IMG/VR virus record: IMGVR_UViG_3300030202_000274
Coordinates: 2,594-66,593 of that record
Source of the DNA: a virus
Direction: 5' to 3' (one strand)
Length of the DNA: 64,000 bases
Shown here: in pieces, positions 19,910 to 28,547 of the stretch
Numbering within the stretch: the first letter of the stretch is position 1
How the letters are laid out: every line of letters begins with the position of its first letter
The notes under the pieces: generated by a model
The model's input: the letters and a program-made list of their open reading frames with translations, nothing else
Databases searched by the model: none
Told to the model about the DNA's origin: nothing
Made by a program: the position numbers and the translations under genes

Positions 19910-20054
19910 TTTTTAAAACCCTTATCTCGTTTTCTTTCTCTTCAATCTCTTTCTCAAGTGCAAAAATTATATCAGCTTGTTTCTTAATATATTTTTTGGC
20001 TCGTTTTAATTCTTCTTTACAATCAGTCTCATCAAAAATTCCAGAATATGTCAT
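19902..20054 (-). CDS. Small coiled-coil protein (50 aa, not in ORF track)
   Basis: MTYSGIFDETDCKEELKRAKK...VLKNG, coupled to both neighbours. Confidence 0.5.
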   Translation of the reverse strand: MTYSGIFDETDCKEELKRAKKYIKKQADIIFALEKEIEEKENEIRVLKNG

Positions 20055-20299
20055 TCTGGTAAATCAACATGATAATCTTTAATGTTATCATATTCTCTTG
20101 GTGATAATTCTGGATTTAATTTTTCACAAAAAGCAAGTATTAAAGTTCTCATTTCAGAGTTACTTAAAATATCATATCCTGCCATTTGAAAAACTAGATG
20201 ATACTCTTCTGGAGTAAAATTAATCTCATCAAGATCATTTATTTTTTTTCTAATTTTATCAAACTCTTTCATATTAAACTCCACACATTCCCTCATCAC
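20051..20299 (-). CDS. Hypothetical protein
   Basis: In operon; likely start MKEFDK. Confidence 0.5.
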   Translation of the reverse strand: MMRECVEFNMKEFDKIRKKINDLDEINFTPEEYHLVFQMAGYDILSNSEMRTLILAFCEKLNPELSPREYDNIKDYHVDLPE

Positions 20300-21101
20300 A
20301 TAAATGGCTAAACATATCTAATTGCTTATCATCTTCAGCTTTATTAAACTGTACTTCACTCAAAGGTTTACAAGACCTATGAACAAATATCTCTTCATCT
20401 TTTTTTCTTGTAATACTTCTAACTTTTGAATCAAAATCAACAGCTATTGCAAACTCTTTTGGTCTTTCTGTTTTCATAAAATGCCAGTAAGCATCATTGT
20501 GAAATGGACATACAATACAAGCTGACTTCTCAGGCATAGGTACATTTTGTTTTTTTAAATAGTTAATACAATCTTGCCTTGACATATTCATTTCAATCAA
20601 TGGATGTTTGTTTAAAATATATTTATCTCTAGCAGGTTTCATTCTTTGTACTTCATCAGTTGATATGCCTATCCATTGTTCAACATACTTATCTTTAGGA
20701 AAGTGCTTACCTTTTGCAACACCACAAAGCTCTCTTATTTTTTTTCTTATTTCTTGTATTTTATAAACATTTGTGCATTGACGCATGACCATACCTTTCT
20801 TACCAGTTATTTTATTTTGTGTAAAATATGGTGCATCAACAAAGTTAGTTGTATCTTTTGCAGCTAACATATCTTGCATAATATCCCCTTTAGAAACTAC
20901 ATAAACAGGATAAGGTAAAATTGATTTTAAATATTTTAAATATTTATTAACTGTTTCTGGCTCATTTTTTGTGTCTGCGAAGATTGCTGCCTGTGGCATG
21001 GGTAAATCTCCTTTAGCTGCCATTATTGCCATTGTAGAGCTTTGAACTCCTGCTCCTAAACTTATAACTGTTAATGTTTTTTTTCTATCTTTATCAATCA
21101 T
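20274..21101 (-). CDS. PAPS-reductase-like (PP-loop) protein
   Basis: SLGAGVQS loop, IFADT, RQCT, IGISTDE, KSACIVCPFH, terminal CDEGMCGV. Confidence 0.75.
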   Translation of the reverse strand: MIDKDRKKTLTVISLGAGVQSSTMAIMAAKGDLPMPQAAIFADTKNEPETVNKYLKYLKSILPYPVYVVSKGDIMQDMLAAKDTTNFVDAPYFTQNKITGKKGMVMRQCTNVYKIQEIRKKIRELCGVAKGKHFPKDKYVEQWIGISTDEVQRMKPARDKYILNKHPLIEMNMSRQDCINYLKKQNVPMPEKSACIVCPFHNDAYWHFMKTERPKEFAIAVDFDSKVRSITRKKDEEIFVHRSCKPLSEVQFNKAEDDKQLDMFSHLCDEGMCGV

Positions 21102-21379
21102 TATTTTTCCTTTATTATTTTTTTAACTACTGATCTAGGATAAGCAGTTATGTTACCAATAGATAGCTTATCTTCATCATAAAAAAATGAGGTAAATATT
21201 TTAACTACTTTAGAATCTTTATAATATAAATATCCTATATCTTCGCACCAGGTATAGCTAAACTTATCAACATCAGATAAGTCATCATACCATTGAGAAG
21301 ATGAGCAAATATCTTGCCAAATTACACGAACTTTTTTATATGGTAATTTTTTTTTAATCATTTTCTTTCCGTTATACAA
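21101..21379 (-). CDS. Hypothetical protein (homologous to 44736..44999)
   Basis: W.D....W...GY/W.Y.D/E.K pattern shared with 44736..44999. Confidence 0.6.
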   Translation of the reverse strand: MYNGKKMIKKKLPYKKVRVIWQDICSSSQWYDDLSDVDKFSYTWCEDIGYLYYKDSKVVKIFTSFFYDEDKLSIGNITAYPRSVVKKIIKEK

Positions 21380-21392
21380 TTATAATTATCCG

Positions 21393-21421
21393 TTGACAAC
21401 CTGTTAAAATCATTGTAATCG
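21393..21421 (+). promoter_or_regulatory. Sigma70-like promoter at a divergent junction
   Basis: TTGACA-N17-TAATCG. Confidence 0.45.
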
Positions 21422-21448
21422 TTAGCAAAAAAAACAGATTGGAAAAAA

Positions 21449-22366
21449 ATGGAAAACGATAAAATAAAAAAAGCATTCTCAATATTTAATGGTGGTGAAG
21501 GATTAGATCATTGGTCATACTCATCAACTAGTACACCTTTTGCAAAAAATATTATTGGTTACAGTTTCCCTCAAGAAGTTAGAAGGAAGTTTCCATTTAG
21601 ATACAAAGCTAATTTTGGAAACCTAGTTAATAATGTGGTGCAGAAATTAATTGCAGATGTAATTTATAAATCTAAAACAATCAAAGAGACAGAGTGGGAT
21701 CGAGATTATAAAGTTTGTTTTGATCAAGAAAAAGAAATCATAAATGCAAACCCACCAGTAGATGCAAAGGATAAGTTCGGCAGAGAAGCTATGATTAAGT
21801 TTGCAGAAGATTGTATTCCAATCACAAAAAAAGTTGTGCAAAATATTATTGGTAAAGATAAATTAGTTTGCGAAAGATATGTTGAACTAAAAGAATTTGA
21901 CATGATCAAGCCTGTATTGGGTCGTATTGATTATGAAACTAAAACAAAATTTATAGAATTAAAAACTAAGCCACCTAATTTAAGGAAGGTTAAAGGTAAA
22001 GAAGAGTGGAACATGATCACTCAAGAATTACCTTCAGAGCCTACAATTGAAAACCTTACACAAACTTCGTTCTACTACATGGCAACAAAGAAGATACCTT
22101 ACTTGGTATATGTTAATGATAAAGATTATGTCATTTTTGATAAGAGCCATGAGTTAATGAAGGCAGACCATTTGCAACATCTTTACAATATCATGATAGA
22201 TAAAATTTTAACATGGGAGAAGATGATTATGTTTGCCGAAGGTAACATCAATAGATTAGCTAACATGATGGAGCCACCAGATCTTAATCATTTCTTTTAT
22301 TATAAAGATTTAGCAGATGAACAAAAACAACTAATCAATAAACTATGGGGTATTAAATATGAGTAG
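21449..22366 (+). CDS. PD-(D/E)XK exonuclease-like protein
   Basis: ERYV...GRID...IELKTK...QTSFY motifs; upstream of the annealase. Confidence 0.7.
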   Translation: MENDKIKKAFSIFNGGEGLDHWSYSSTSTPFAKNIIGYSFPQEVRRKFPFRYKANFGNLVNNVVQKLIADVIYKSKTIKETEWDRDYKVCFDQEKEIINANPPVDAKDKFGREAMIKFAEDCIPITKKVVQNIIGKDKLVCERYVELKEFDMIKPVLGRIDYETKTKFIELKTKPPNLRKVKGKEEWNMITQELPSEPTIENLTQTSFYYMATKKIPYLVYVNDKDYVIFDKSHELMKADHLQHLYNIMIDKILTWEKMIMFAEGNINRLANMMEPPDLNHFFYYKDLADEQKQLINKLWGIKYE

Positions 22367-23033
22367 TGAAAACAATAATGTATATAGAATGGGAACAAAC
22401 AATATGAGTAACATACATAAGAAGTTACACAATGCGTGTAACCACGCAAAGTCTGTGCAAAAAGCAAACAAGGTTAAGGGTATGCCTTTCAATCCTTTGT
22501 TACATGATGATGTGCAAAGAGTGGCAATGGATGCTTTATTAAAAAATAATTTATATCCAACTTGTAATTACATAACAGATGTTACAGATAGATTTGTAAT
22601 TGTAACTTGCACCATGAGAATAACTGACATCGATGATCCAAAAAGTTTTATTGTGATCGATGGATGTACTGCAATGGGTGGATTAGATAAGTATGGAACA
22701 GGTCAAGCAATGTCATACAGTAAAAAGTATGCGTTCTTGAATGCGTTAAACCTAAAGACAGGAATGGATTTAGAAGATGGTTATAATGCAAAACCATTCC
22801 AACAAAATTCTGTGGAGCAATCCTCAGAACCTACCTACCTTGATGATGAGGTAGATGTAGAAGAGATCATTAACAGGATCGAACAAACTAAAACTGATAA
22901 GCAATTAGATTCAGTTAAAAGTCAAGTGAGATCAGTTGTTAATCATCTTAAAAATAATAACTTCAAAGCATACGAACAAATAAGAGACAAAACTCGTAAG
23001 CATGAAGTCAAACTAACAAATAATCAACAGTAG
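22359..23033 (+). CDS. ERF-family ssDNA annealing protein
   Basis: DKYGTGQAMSYSKKYAFLNALNLKTGMD ERF signature. Confidence 0.8.
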   Translation: MSSENNNVYRMGTNNMSNIHKKLHNACNHAKSVQKANKVKGMPFNPLLHDDVQRVAMDALLKNNLYPTCNYITDVTDRFVIVTCTMRITDIDDPKSFIVIDGCTAMGGLDKYGTGQAMSYSKKYAFLNALNLKTGMDLEDGYNAKPFQQNSVEQSSEPTYLDDEVDVEEIINRIEQTKTDKQLDSVKSQVRSVVNHLKNNNFKAYEQIRDKTRKHEVKLTNNQQ

Positions 23034-23055
23034 TTGATATAACTAAGGAGTAAAC

Positions 23056-23352
23056 ATGGATAATCAATCCGAAAAAATATACATCAACCTAACTAAGAAC
23101 AAAGATTGGAAGTCACCAAGCGATAAACTTCCTGTCTATGTTGGTCCAAAAAATATGAAGCACCCAGATAAGAACTGGACTATTGGTGTAAACATAAATG
23201 GTAAGTGGTATAACCAAGCTGCGTTTCCGTCTAAAGATCAAGACGGCAATGTCAAGGAAGGTGAGTTGACAGTAATTTTAACACCAAGTGGAGCAGGTAA
23301 AAATAGCTTTGCAAAAGCAAATGATGGTGGTAATAACGAATATACCTTTTAA
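23056..23352 (+). CDS. Putative ssDNA-binding protein
   Basis: Follows ERF; beta-rich; ends in EYTF. Confidence 0.45.
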   Translation: MDNQSEKIYINLTKNKDWKSPSDKLPVYVGPKNMKHPDKNWTIGVNINGKWYNQAAFPSKDQDGNVKEGELTVILTPSGAGKNSFAKANDGGNNEYTF

Positions 23353-23419
23353 CTTAGGCTAAAGGGTATCAAGCAGGGTGGGGTTTTTTTTCCCTTTCTA
23401 TCGTTTTCCCCACCTTGCT
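23342..23419 (+). ncRNA. Candidate two-hairpin small RNA with pyrimidine-rich loop
   Basis: ATACCTTT/AAGGGTAT stem plus a 12-bp AGCAGGGTGGGG/CCCCACCTTGCT stem; G-U pairs favour the + strand. Confidence 0.4.
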
Positions 23420-23645
23420 AAAAAAAGGATTTAATATGGCAGACAATATAAAAGAACCAGCACACTACATAGCAAACAAGATTGAACCAATAGATTTTAT
23501 TATCGAAAACAATTTTAATTTTTGTGAGGGTAATGTAATTAAATATATTTCTAGATATAAAAGAAAGAATGGTATCGAAGATCTTAAAAAAGCTAGACAG
23601 TATATAGATTTTTTGATCAAAAAAGAAGTTGAAAAAACTAAATAA
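23415..23645 (+). CDS. DUF3310-family protein (likely start MADNIK)
   Basis: PAHY...IEPIDFI...FCEGNVIKYISR..KNGIEDLKKA..Y. Confidence 0.85.
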   Translation: MLKKGFNMADNIKEPAHYIANKIEPIDFIIENNFNFCEGNVIKYISRYKRKNGIEDLKKARQYIDFLIKKEVEKTK

Positions 23646-23647
23646 GT

Positions 23648-23902
23648 ATGACAAAATTTAAAAGAATTATCAATGGAGAGTGTCATTTTACAATGATCGA
23701 ACTCTTTGATGATGTAGAGAAGGCTACCAACCCTCAAAATAGAGGTGAGTTAGTAGAATGTAATATCGATAATTTAAGAATCGATTTTACAAAAGTAAAA
23801 AAGGAGCATGATGGAACAAATCCGATTGCGTCTGCAGAAGCTAAAGGATCTTCAAGCGAAGAAACACGAGAAGTATCTGGAAGCCAAACTGAAAGTAAAT
23901 AA
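23648..23902 (+). CDS. Hypothetical protein
   Basis: In operon. Confidence 0.5.
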   Translation: MTKFKRIINGECHFTMIELFDDVEKATNPQNRGELVECNIDNLRIDFTKVKKEHDGTNPIASAEAKGSSSEETREVSGSQTESK

Positions 23903-23975
23903 GTATCAACAAGATTCTTATAAATTACTTTGGCAAATAGAGCAGACAAAAGAAGAGTTAATGACGGCTAAATAG
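23808..23975 (+). CDS. Small coiled-coil protein (55 aa, not in ORF track)
   Basis: AAGGAG RBS; MMEQIRLRLQKLKDLQ...MTAK. Confidence 0.55.
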   Translation: MMEQIRLRLQKLKDLQAKKHEKYLEAKLKVNKYQQDSYKLLWQIEQTKEELMTAK

Positions 23976-23990
23976 TTATTAACTTATTAG

Positions 23991-24551
23991 TTGAAAAAAA
24001 AGAAAGGAAAACGTAGGGGATCTATGACTATAAATGTAAGCACACACTATAACAAACACATCAATAACTTAAATCAAAACAACTTTATCTACAAAGTTAA
24101 GAAAGCATTTTACCTTCTTACGAGCCAAGAAGAAAGATTATATGAGGTAGGGTTCTCGGAAGGATTTCTGTACGCAGCAGAACTAATGCAAAGACAACCA
24201 ATCCTAGATAGCAATAACAAAACTAAAATTGCTACTACATTTAAAACAAAGAACGCAAACCTGGAAGTCGTATCTAAACTTGTAGATAAAGTTTGTGAGA
24301 AATATACTGTAAGCAAACATGACATCTTTAGTAAAGGTAGAACTAGAGATGTAGTTCGAGCAAGAAGTATAATCTATAACCTATTGTATGAAGGTTACAA
24401 TGTTAGCTTATCTTCTATGGCTAGAGTATTTAATCAAGATCATACTACGATCATTCACTCTATAAGAAACAAACGAGATAAGAAAAATTATTGGGGTCCA
24501 GAAAATTCTATCTGGGAAGAGTTTGAAGAATTAAAAACAATTACTTTTTAA
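23991..24551 (+). CDS. DnaA C-terminal (domain IV) HTH protein
   Basis: SKGRTRDVVRAR...SLSSMARVFNQDHTTIIHS. Confidence 0.85.
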   Translation: MKKKKGKRRGSMTINVSTHYNKHINNLNQNNFIYKVKKAFYLLTSQEERLYEVGFSEGFLYAAELMQRQPILDSNNKTKIATTFKTKNANLEVVSKLVDKVCEKYTVSKHDIFSKGRTRDVVRARSIIYNLLYEGYNVSLSSMARVFNQDHTTIIHSIRNKRDKKNYWGPENSIWEEFEELKTITF

Positions 24552-24702
24552 ATCCAGACTTCATATTCTTGTAAGCCTTAGAACTAATTGTAGATTTCTT
24601 TTTGCTTCTTGAAGTACCTGCTTTTTTACGTTTGTTAATATTATAGTACAAACCTTTTTTAGCAGTTTTACCAGTAGCTGTTTTGTGATAACCTTTTTTC
24701 AT
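24541..24702 (-). CDS. Tiny Lys-rich protein (53 aa, not in ORF track)
   Basis: MKKGYHKTATGKTAKKGLYYNINKRKKAG...; AAGGAG RBS. Confidence 0.65.
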   Translation of the reverse strand: MKKGYHKTATGKTAKKGLYYNINKRKKAGTSRSKKKSTISSKAYKNMKSGFKK

Positions 24703-24901
24703 GTTGCTCCTTATGTTGTTTGAGTTTTAACTCACAATAGTTGTCAAAGCAAGAACCATCTTTGCCATCATGACAAAAATATTCTCTGTTTGCAGTAACA
24801 ATCCAACCACCATTGTCACTAATTAATTCTTTGTTACATTCCTTGCAGTAACCACAAATAAAAGACTTAGCTTTTTGTTTTTTCCATCCCTTTTTTTTCA
24901 T
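24668..24901 (-). CDS. Zn-ribbon hypothetical protein
   Basis: CGYCKEC...FCH...CF. Confidence 0.55.
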   Translation of the reverse strand: MKKKGWKKQKAKSFICGYCKECNKELISDNGGWIVTANREYFCHDGKDGSCFDNYCELKLKQHKEQHEKRLSQNSYW

Positions 24902-25152
24902 TAACAGTTCCAGGCTCTTAATGCTTTATTAATTCTACTATTAGGATCTCTTGCAGTTTTAGCTGAAGTTAATTTCTTCTTCATCCCTTTCATCCTCGCG
25001 CAGAAGGATGCTCTTCTTTTGTTACCAACTTTTTTACTTGGTGCTTTTAGATTGCCACCAGTAGCACGATTATAACTTCGTCTACCTTTAGCATTCAATC
25101 CACCTTTAGGATTCTTTCCTGCTTTTCTCTGCCATGCTGGTGTTTTTGCCAT
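24901..25152 (-). CDS. DUF6321-like basic protein
   Basis: KNPKGGLNAKGR...RRASFCARM...ALRAWNC. Confidence 0.75.
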   Translation of the reverse strand: MAKTPAWQRKAGKNPKGGLNAKGRRSYNRATGGNLKAPSKKVGNKRRASFCARMKGMKKKLTSAKTARDPNSRINKALRAWNC

Positions 25153-25155
25153 AAC

Positions 25156-25374
25156 TTATTCTACTATCTTTTTGATCGCTTTGCTACCATCAATATTTTT
25201 TTCTAATTCAGCTTTTACTTTACCACATTTATAATCAATATTTTCATTAGCATCTCTTTCAGCGATACGCTTTCCCTTGAGACAATCACTCATTGATCCT
25301 TGAATACGATGTTCTTTTAACTCTCCTGCTATAAACATACAAAGAGCCACAACTGTACTAATGACTGTTTCCAT
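25156..25374 (-). CDS. Small exported Cys protein (lysis-module accessory)
   Basis: Hydrophobic N-terminus, MSDCLKGKRIA; paralogue of 60479..60691. Confidence 0.6.
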   Translation of the reverse strand: METVISTVVALCMFIAGELKEHRIQGSMSDCLKGKRIAERDANENIDYKCGKVKAELEKNIDGSKAIKKIVE

Positions 25375-25720
25375 TTTGTCTTACCTTATCTTTTAAATCT
25401 TCAATATCTTCTAATGCTTTTTTTAACTGTGCTTCTATATGATCTAGCATAACTTGTGTATGGATATTCTTATCTAAAAGTTCTTGATGCTTCTCTACAG
25501 TTTCGTATAGATCTTCAAGAAGTAAGTATTGTTCTTTGTCTGTAGTTGTTTGCTCTGATTTTTTAAGTAGATCAGAGTTCATTAATTCTCTAGAAGTTTC
25601 TAACGAAGTTAGTCTTGCAGTCACTTCTGTGTATGCAAAGATACCCATAGCAACACCAACAATAATACCAACCATATTTTTGATTGGCATAGCAACAGAT
25701 GTATTCTCACTTATCTTCAT
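25358..25720 (-). CDS. TM plus coiled-coil protein (spanin-like)
   Basis: N-terminal TM helix and coiled coil after holin; paralogue of 60691..61062. Confidence 0.55.
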   Translation of the reverse strand: MKISENTSVAMPIKNMVGIIVGVAMGIFAYTEVTARLTSLETSRELMNSDLLKKSEQTTTDKEQYLLLEDLYETVEKHQELLDKNIHTQVMLDHIEAQLKKALEDIEDLKDKVRQNGNSH

Positions 25721-25811
25721 TTCTTTTTCTTTTTCTTAGGAAAAAATATTCTATTTAAATGACTAGCAAACTTATCCAGTAAACCAAAAAATTTATAAAA
25801 AAACTTATCAA

Positions 25812-25949
25812 TCATCTTCCTTGACCCTTGTATCTTGTTAGCTTTTGTTGACGCTTCTCACTTTTGTTCTTAGATTTTTTATGCGCACCTGGTCCACGCT
25901 TCTTAGGTTTCTCTCTAGGTATAAAGTGTGTAAACTTTTGCTTTGCCAT
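25812..25949 (-). CDS. Tiny basic protein (45 aa, not in ORF track)
   Basis: MAKQKFTHFIPREKPKKR...RYKGQGR; homologue at 51326..51460. Confidence 0.7.
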   Translation of the reverse strand: MAKQKFTHFIPREKPKKRGPGAHKKSKNKSEKRQQKLTRYKGQGR

Positions 25950-26065
25950 TACTTTTTCTTTTTATATTTTTTTTTCTTTTTCTTCTTACCTGTTTGCTGA
26001 GCAAGAAGTGATGGTTTCTTTTTACTGTATTGTGATACGAACATTGTAGGTGCTTGTGTTGACAT
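25949..26065 (-). CDS. Tiny basic protein (38 aa, not in ORF track)
   Basis: MSTQAPTMFVSQYSKKKPSLLAQQTGKKK..., coupled on both sides. Confidence 0.55.
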   Translation of the reverse strand: MSTQAPTMFVSQYSKKKPSLLAQQTGKKKKKKKYKKKK

Positions 26066-26442
26066 TACTTTCTCTTAATTAAATCTGTTGCTTTAAGACC
26101 ATACACAGAAGCTATTACTCCCACGAAAATAGTCTGGTACCAAAAAGGAAGATCAGAAAAATACTCAAAGAACAATTTCATTTTCTCCATGTGAGCAGGA
26201 TTGTCAGACCAAACTGCAAATCCTAACATCACGATTGGCACACTTAACAAAATTAAAATGAACTCATCTTTCCAGTCTGAGTTTCTACTCTCTAATAATT
26301 TACCTTGATACTCTGCTTCACCTTTTGCCATCTTAGCAGCATGATTCATTTGAGCATCTGCCATAAGCATTTTAGTTTTCTGTTTGTTTTTATAAATATG
26401 ACTACCTGCTTGTACTGCAAGTTTAATAGCACTTAACCACAT
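26065..26442 (-). CDS. Putative holin
   Basis: WKDEF, two TM helices, P.WYQ; directly after endolysin; paralogue of 61062..61439. Confidence 0.7.
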   Translation of the reverse strand: MWLSAIKLAVQAGSHIYKNKQKTKMLMADAQMNHAAKMAKGEAEYQGKLLESRNSDWKDEFILILLSVPIVMLGFAVWSDNPAHMEKMKLFFEYFSDLPFWYQTIFVGVIASVYGLKATDLIKRK

Positions 26443-26918
26443 TATACTAAATCCTTTGCCTTACCAATTACTGGCTTGTATTTTGTTTTGCCTTCAGATC
26501 TATAAGCATGAAGGAATTGCTTTCTAGGATCCTTATCACAAATACTACAATGTATCCACCCAGAATTAGGCTCACCTACCTTGTAATATTCTAAGATTAA
26601 TTGATCAAACTCTAGGTTTTTATATATCCAGTCTGCAAGTTCAGCATTATCTGTGCCTACTACCTCGAAGTCTGCTGCTTCTGCTTTGGCGTGTTGGCTA
26701 TTTATTGAGCTGCCTATCGCTACACAAAGTTGTTCAGATCTAAATCCACTAGTCACCTTAACTCTACCGAAGTGATCTCGAACTGGTTGCAGGATAGTCT
26801 CGCAAAGAGTTTTAAGTTTTTCTATTTGATCTGCATTAGGATTATTATCAATACCCTTTCTAACTGCAGTATCTGATTTGATTAATTCTTGAAGAGTAAA
26901 GTTTCGTGATAATTTCAT
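26442..26918 (-). CDS. Endolysin, peptidase M15A family
   Basis: LSRNFTL.EL, TSGFRS, SQH...AAD, FDQLILE, WIH. Confidence 0.88.
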   Translation of the reverse strand: MKLSRNFTLQELIKSDTAVRKGIDNNPNADQIEKLKTLCETILQPVRDHFGRVKVTSGFRSEQLCVAIGSSINSQHAKAEAADFEVVGTDNAELADWIYKNLEFDQLILEYYKVGEPNSGWIHCSICDKDPRKQFLHAYRSEGKTKYKPVIGKAKDLV

Positions 26919-27217
26919 TCGTATATAATCCTTACATTAAGTTTCTTTTGTTCTTTAGTTGTACCTCTAGATATAAAGGATCCTTTAAGATTTCTTTTAT
27001 ATCCATCTTTTGCAACATAAACATCTTTCTTTCTATAATTTTTAGACTTAACATCATAAGCAGTATACTCACCTGTTGTCATATTTAAAGTAACAATATC
27101 TACTGGACCAAGACCACCAAGGGGTGTGAATACAAGAAGATTAGGATCTTTGCAAAGTCTAAGTTGTGCTTTTAATTCTGTAGTTAAGCCTGTAATAGCT
27201 TTTACTCTTCTAGCCAT
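26915..27217 (-). CDS. PD-(D/E)XK endonuclease-like protein
   Basis: GPVDIV...YDVKS. Confidence 0.6.
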   Translation of the reverse strand: MARRVKAITGLTTELKAQLRLCKDPNLLVFTPLGGLGPVDIVTLNMTTGEYTAYDVKSKNYRKKDVYVAKDGYKRNLKGSFISRGTTKEQKKLNVRIIYE

Positions 27218-27449
27218 TGTATTTGATAAAGCCTAGCAAGGAAGCTATAGCACCACCAATGAGTAACAATACTCTAAAACCACCTTTGCTTTTATTAACA
27301 TCTTCTTTTAAACCTTTTATATCTTTACGCATCTCATCGATTGCTTTGAATAAAGTTTTCATTCTCTCAGCACAAACCTTCTCATGATAAGATATTCTTA
27401 TAGAGTTGTTATCCTCTACTGCTTCTTTCAAAGTTTTTTTTCTAGGCAT
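27210..27449 (-). CDS. Coiled-coil plus C-terminal TM protein
   Basis: HEKVCAERM; paralogue of 62798..63037. Confidence 0.6.
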   Translation of the reverse strand: MPRKKTLKEAVEDNNSIRISYHEKVCAERMKTLFKAIDEMRKDIKGLKEDVNKSKGGFRVLLLIGGAIASLLGFIKYNG

Positions 27450-27657
27450 CTTCTCTCTCTACCTCGTTACAAAAATAAGTTACATATAATTTTTCTTTAT
27501 TAAACTTGTCTACATATTCATTGGTAACTTTTATGGTAGCTGCTGCACCTGCTTTAGTACAGTCTGTCCAGGAATTAAATTCTATTGGTGATAATGTTGT
27601 GTTGTTACACATCCCAGTTATTGCTGAGCAAATAGTGTAAGCCAATACAAATTTCAT
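27442..27657 (-). CDS. Small Cys-containing protein
   Basis: MKFVL...C...C...NSW.DC; paralogue of 62589..62801. Confidence 0.6.
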   Translation of the reverse strand: MKFVLAYTICSAITGMCNNTTLSPIEFNSWTDCTKAGAAATIKVTNEYVDKFNKEKLYVTYFCNEVEREDA

Positions 27658-27911
27658 TAGCCTTTAGGTATATCTGATTTAACTTTAGCAATAGCATCTA
27701 CCCAGTTAGTAGTACCATTAACCTTATCCCAGTATTGCATATCTAACTGTTCTTGTATTGATGGATAAGCAGTTGCTCTTTCTCTTTGATATTGTTTAGC
27801 ATCATATTCTGCTTTTTCTTCTAATGCTTTTGCTTCTTCAATATCTCTTTGTGCTTCTTCTTCTGCTGTGAATTGAATTTTTTTTCCATCTATTAATTTA
27901 AATCTAGTCAT
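27657..27911 (-). CDS. Fibre-associated chaperone/assembly protein 4
   Basis: YQRERATAYPSIQEQLDMQYWD...W.DAIAKVKSDIPK. Confidence 0.65.
   Translation of the reverse strand: MTRFKLIDGKKIQFTAEEEAQRDIEEAKALEEKAEYDAKQYQRERATAYPSIQEQLDMQYWDKVNGTTNWVDAIAKVKSDIPKG
27662..27825. repeat. Direct repeat R1, copy 1 (164 bp)
   Basis: Matches 63042..63205 with 3 mismatches (offset 35,380). Confidence 0.95.
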
Positions 27912-27913
27912 AA

Positions 27914-28474
27914 TTATTTAGTTCCATATAAAGTATAAAAATAATCTTCAATATTTCCAGAACCAGGTTGAAGTTTTATTTTATTTATTTTTGCTACATA
28001 AGTTGCTTCTAATGTTGCAGTACCTAACATTGTTCTTATAGCATTAGAATTTGACATTCTTGTACCCCACCAAGTTATTCTGTTTGATTGGTTAACTGAA
28101 CCTTCTGTTATAATTGGAGATATATCCATTGTTATACTATTTCCTTCTGCGTTAGCAGTATCATTTCCAACTTCTTTTGAAATTCTGATTGAAGTATTGC
28201 CATCTGAATAATCATTATCAATCTGATTATCTGTATTAGTGAAAATAATACTTGCTCCATATTTATAGTTATTTGAACTTGTATGATAAGATGAACCATT
28301 ATCTGTGCTTAAATAAGCTAATAGTGTGGCATTGTCTGTTTCTGGCTTCCAATTCCAATACAATTTAAATTTACTGTAAGTTTCTGGTAAAGATATTTCA
28401 ATACTTGATAAACCAGATTGTGCTGTTCCAGAAGCAGAAGCTACTTTAACAAAATTAGTAGTAATTAATGCCAT
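27914..28474 (-). CDS. Fibre tip / receptor-binding module 4
   Basis: Ser/Thr/Gly-rich beta protein, LSTDNGSSY; homologue of 63288..63866. Confidence 0.6.
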   Translation of the reverse strand: MALITTNFVKVASASGTAQSGLSSIEISLPETYSKFKLYWNWKPETDNATLLAYLSTDNGSSYHTSSNNYKYGASIIFTNTDNQIDNDYSDGNTSIRISKEVGNDTANAEGNSITMDISPIITEGSVNQSNRITWWGTRMSNSNAIRTMLGTATLEATYVAKINKIKLQPGSGNIEDYFYTLYGTK

Positions 28475-28497
28475 ATTGTTATACTCCTATTAACGCT
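28461..28497. repeat. Direct repeat R2a, copy 1 (37 bp)
   Basis: Identical to 63853..63889; covers the ALIGV-stop, RBS and MALIT start. Confidence 0.9.
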
Positions 28498-28547
28498 ATT
28501 GTTTGTTTCACAAACAACAGAATTTCTTTGATTACTTTTATCCATTA

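Larger units (their letters stand above)
1..27660. mobile_element. Phage A, partial HTVC010P-like podovirus genome (morphogenesis, early, replication and lysis modules)
   Basis: T7-like order TerL-portal-scaffold-MCP-tube A-tube B-GNAT-internal proteins on the minus strand; no polymerase or integrase; right boundary approximate. Confidence 0.8.

Noticed and set aside
27662-27825. R1 repeat pair as a DGR template/variable repeat
   Set aside because: No reverse transcriptase seen; only 3 mismatches, not all at adenines of one copy; both copies are coding
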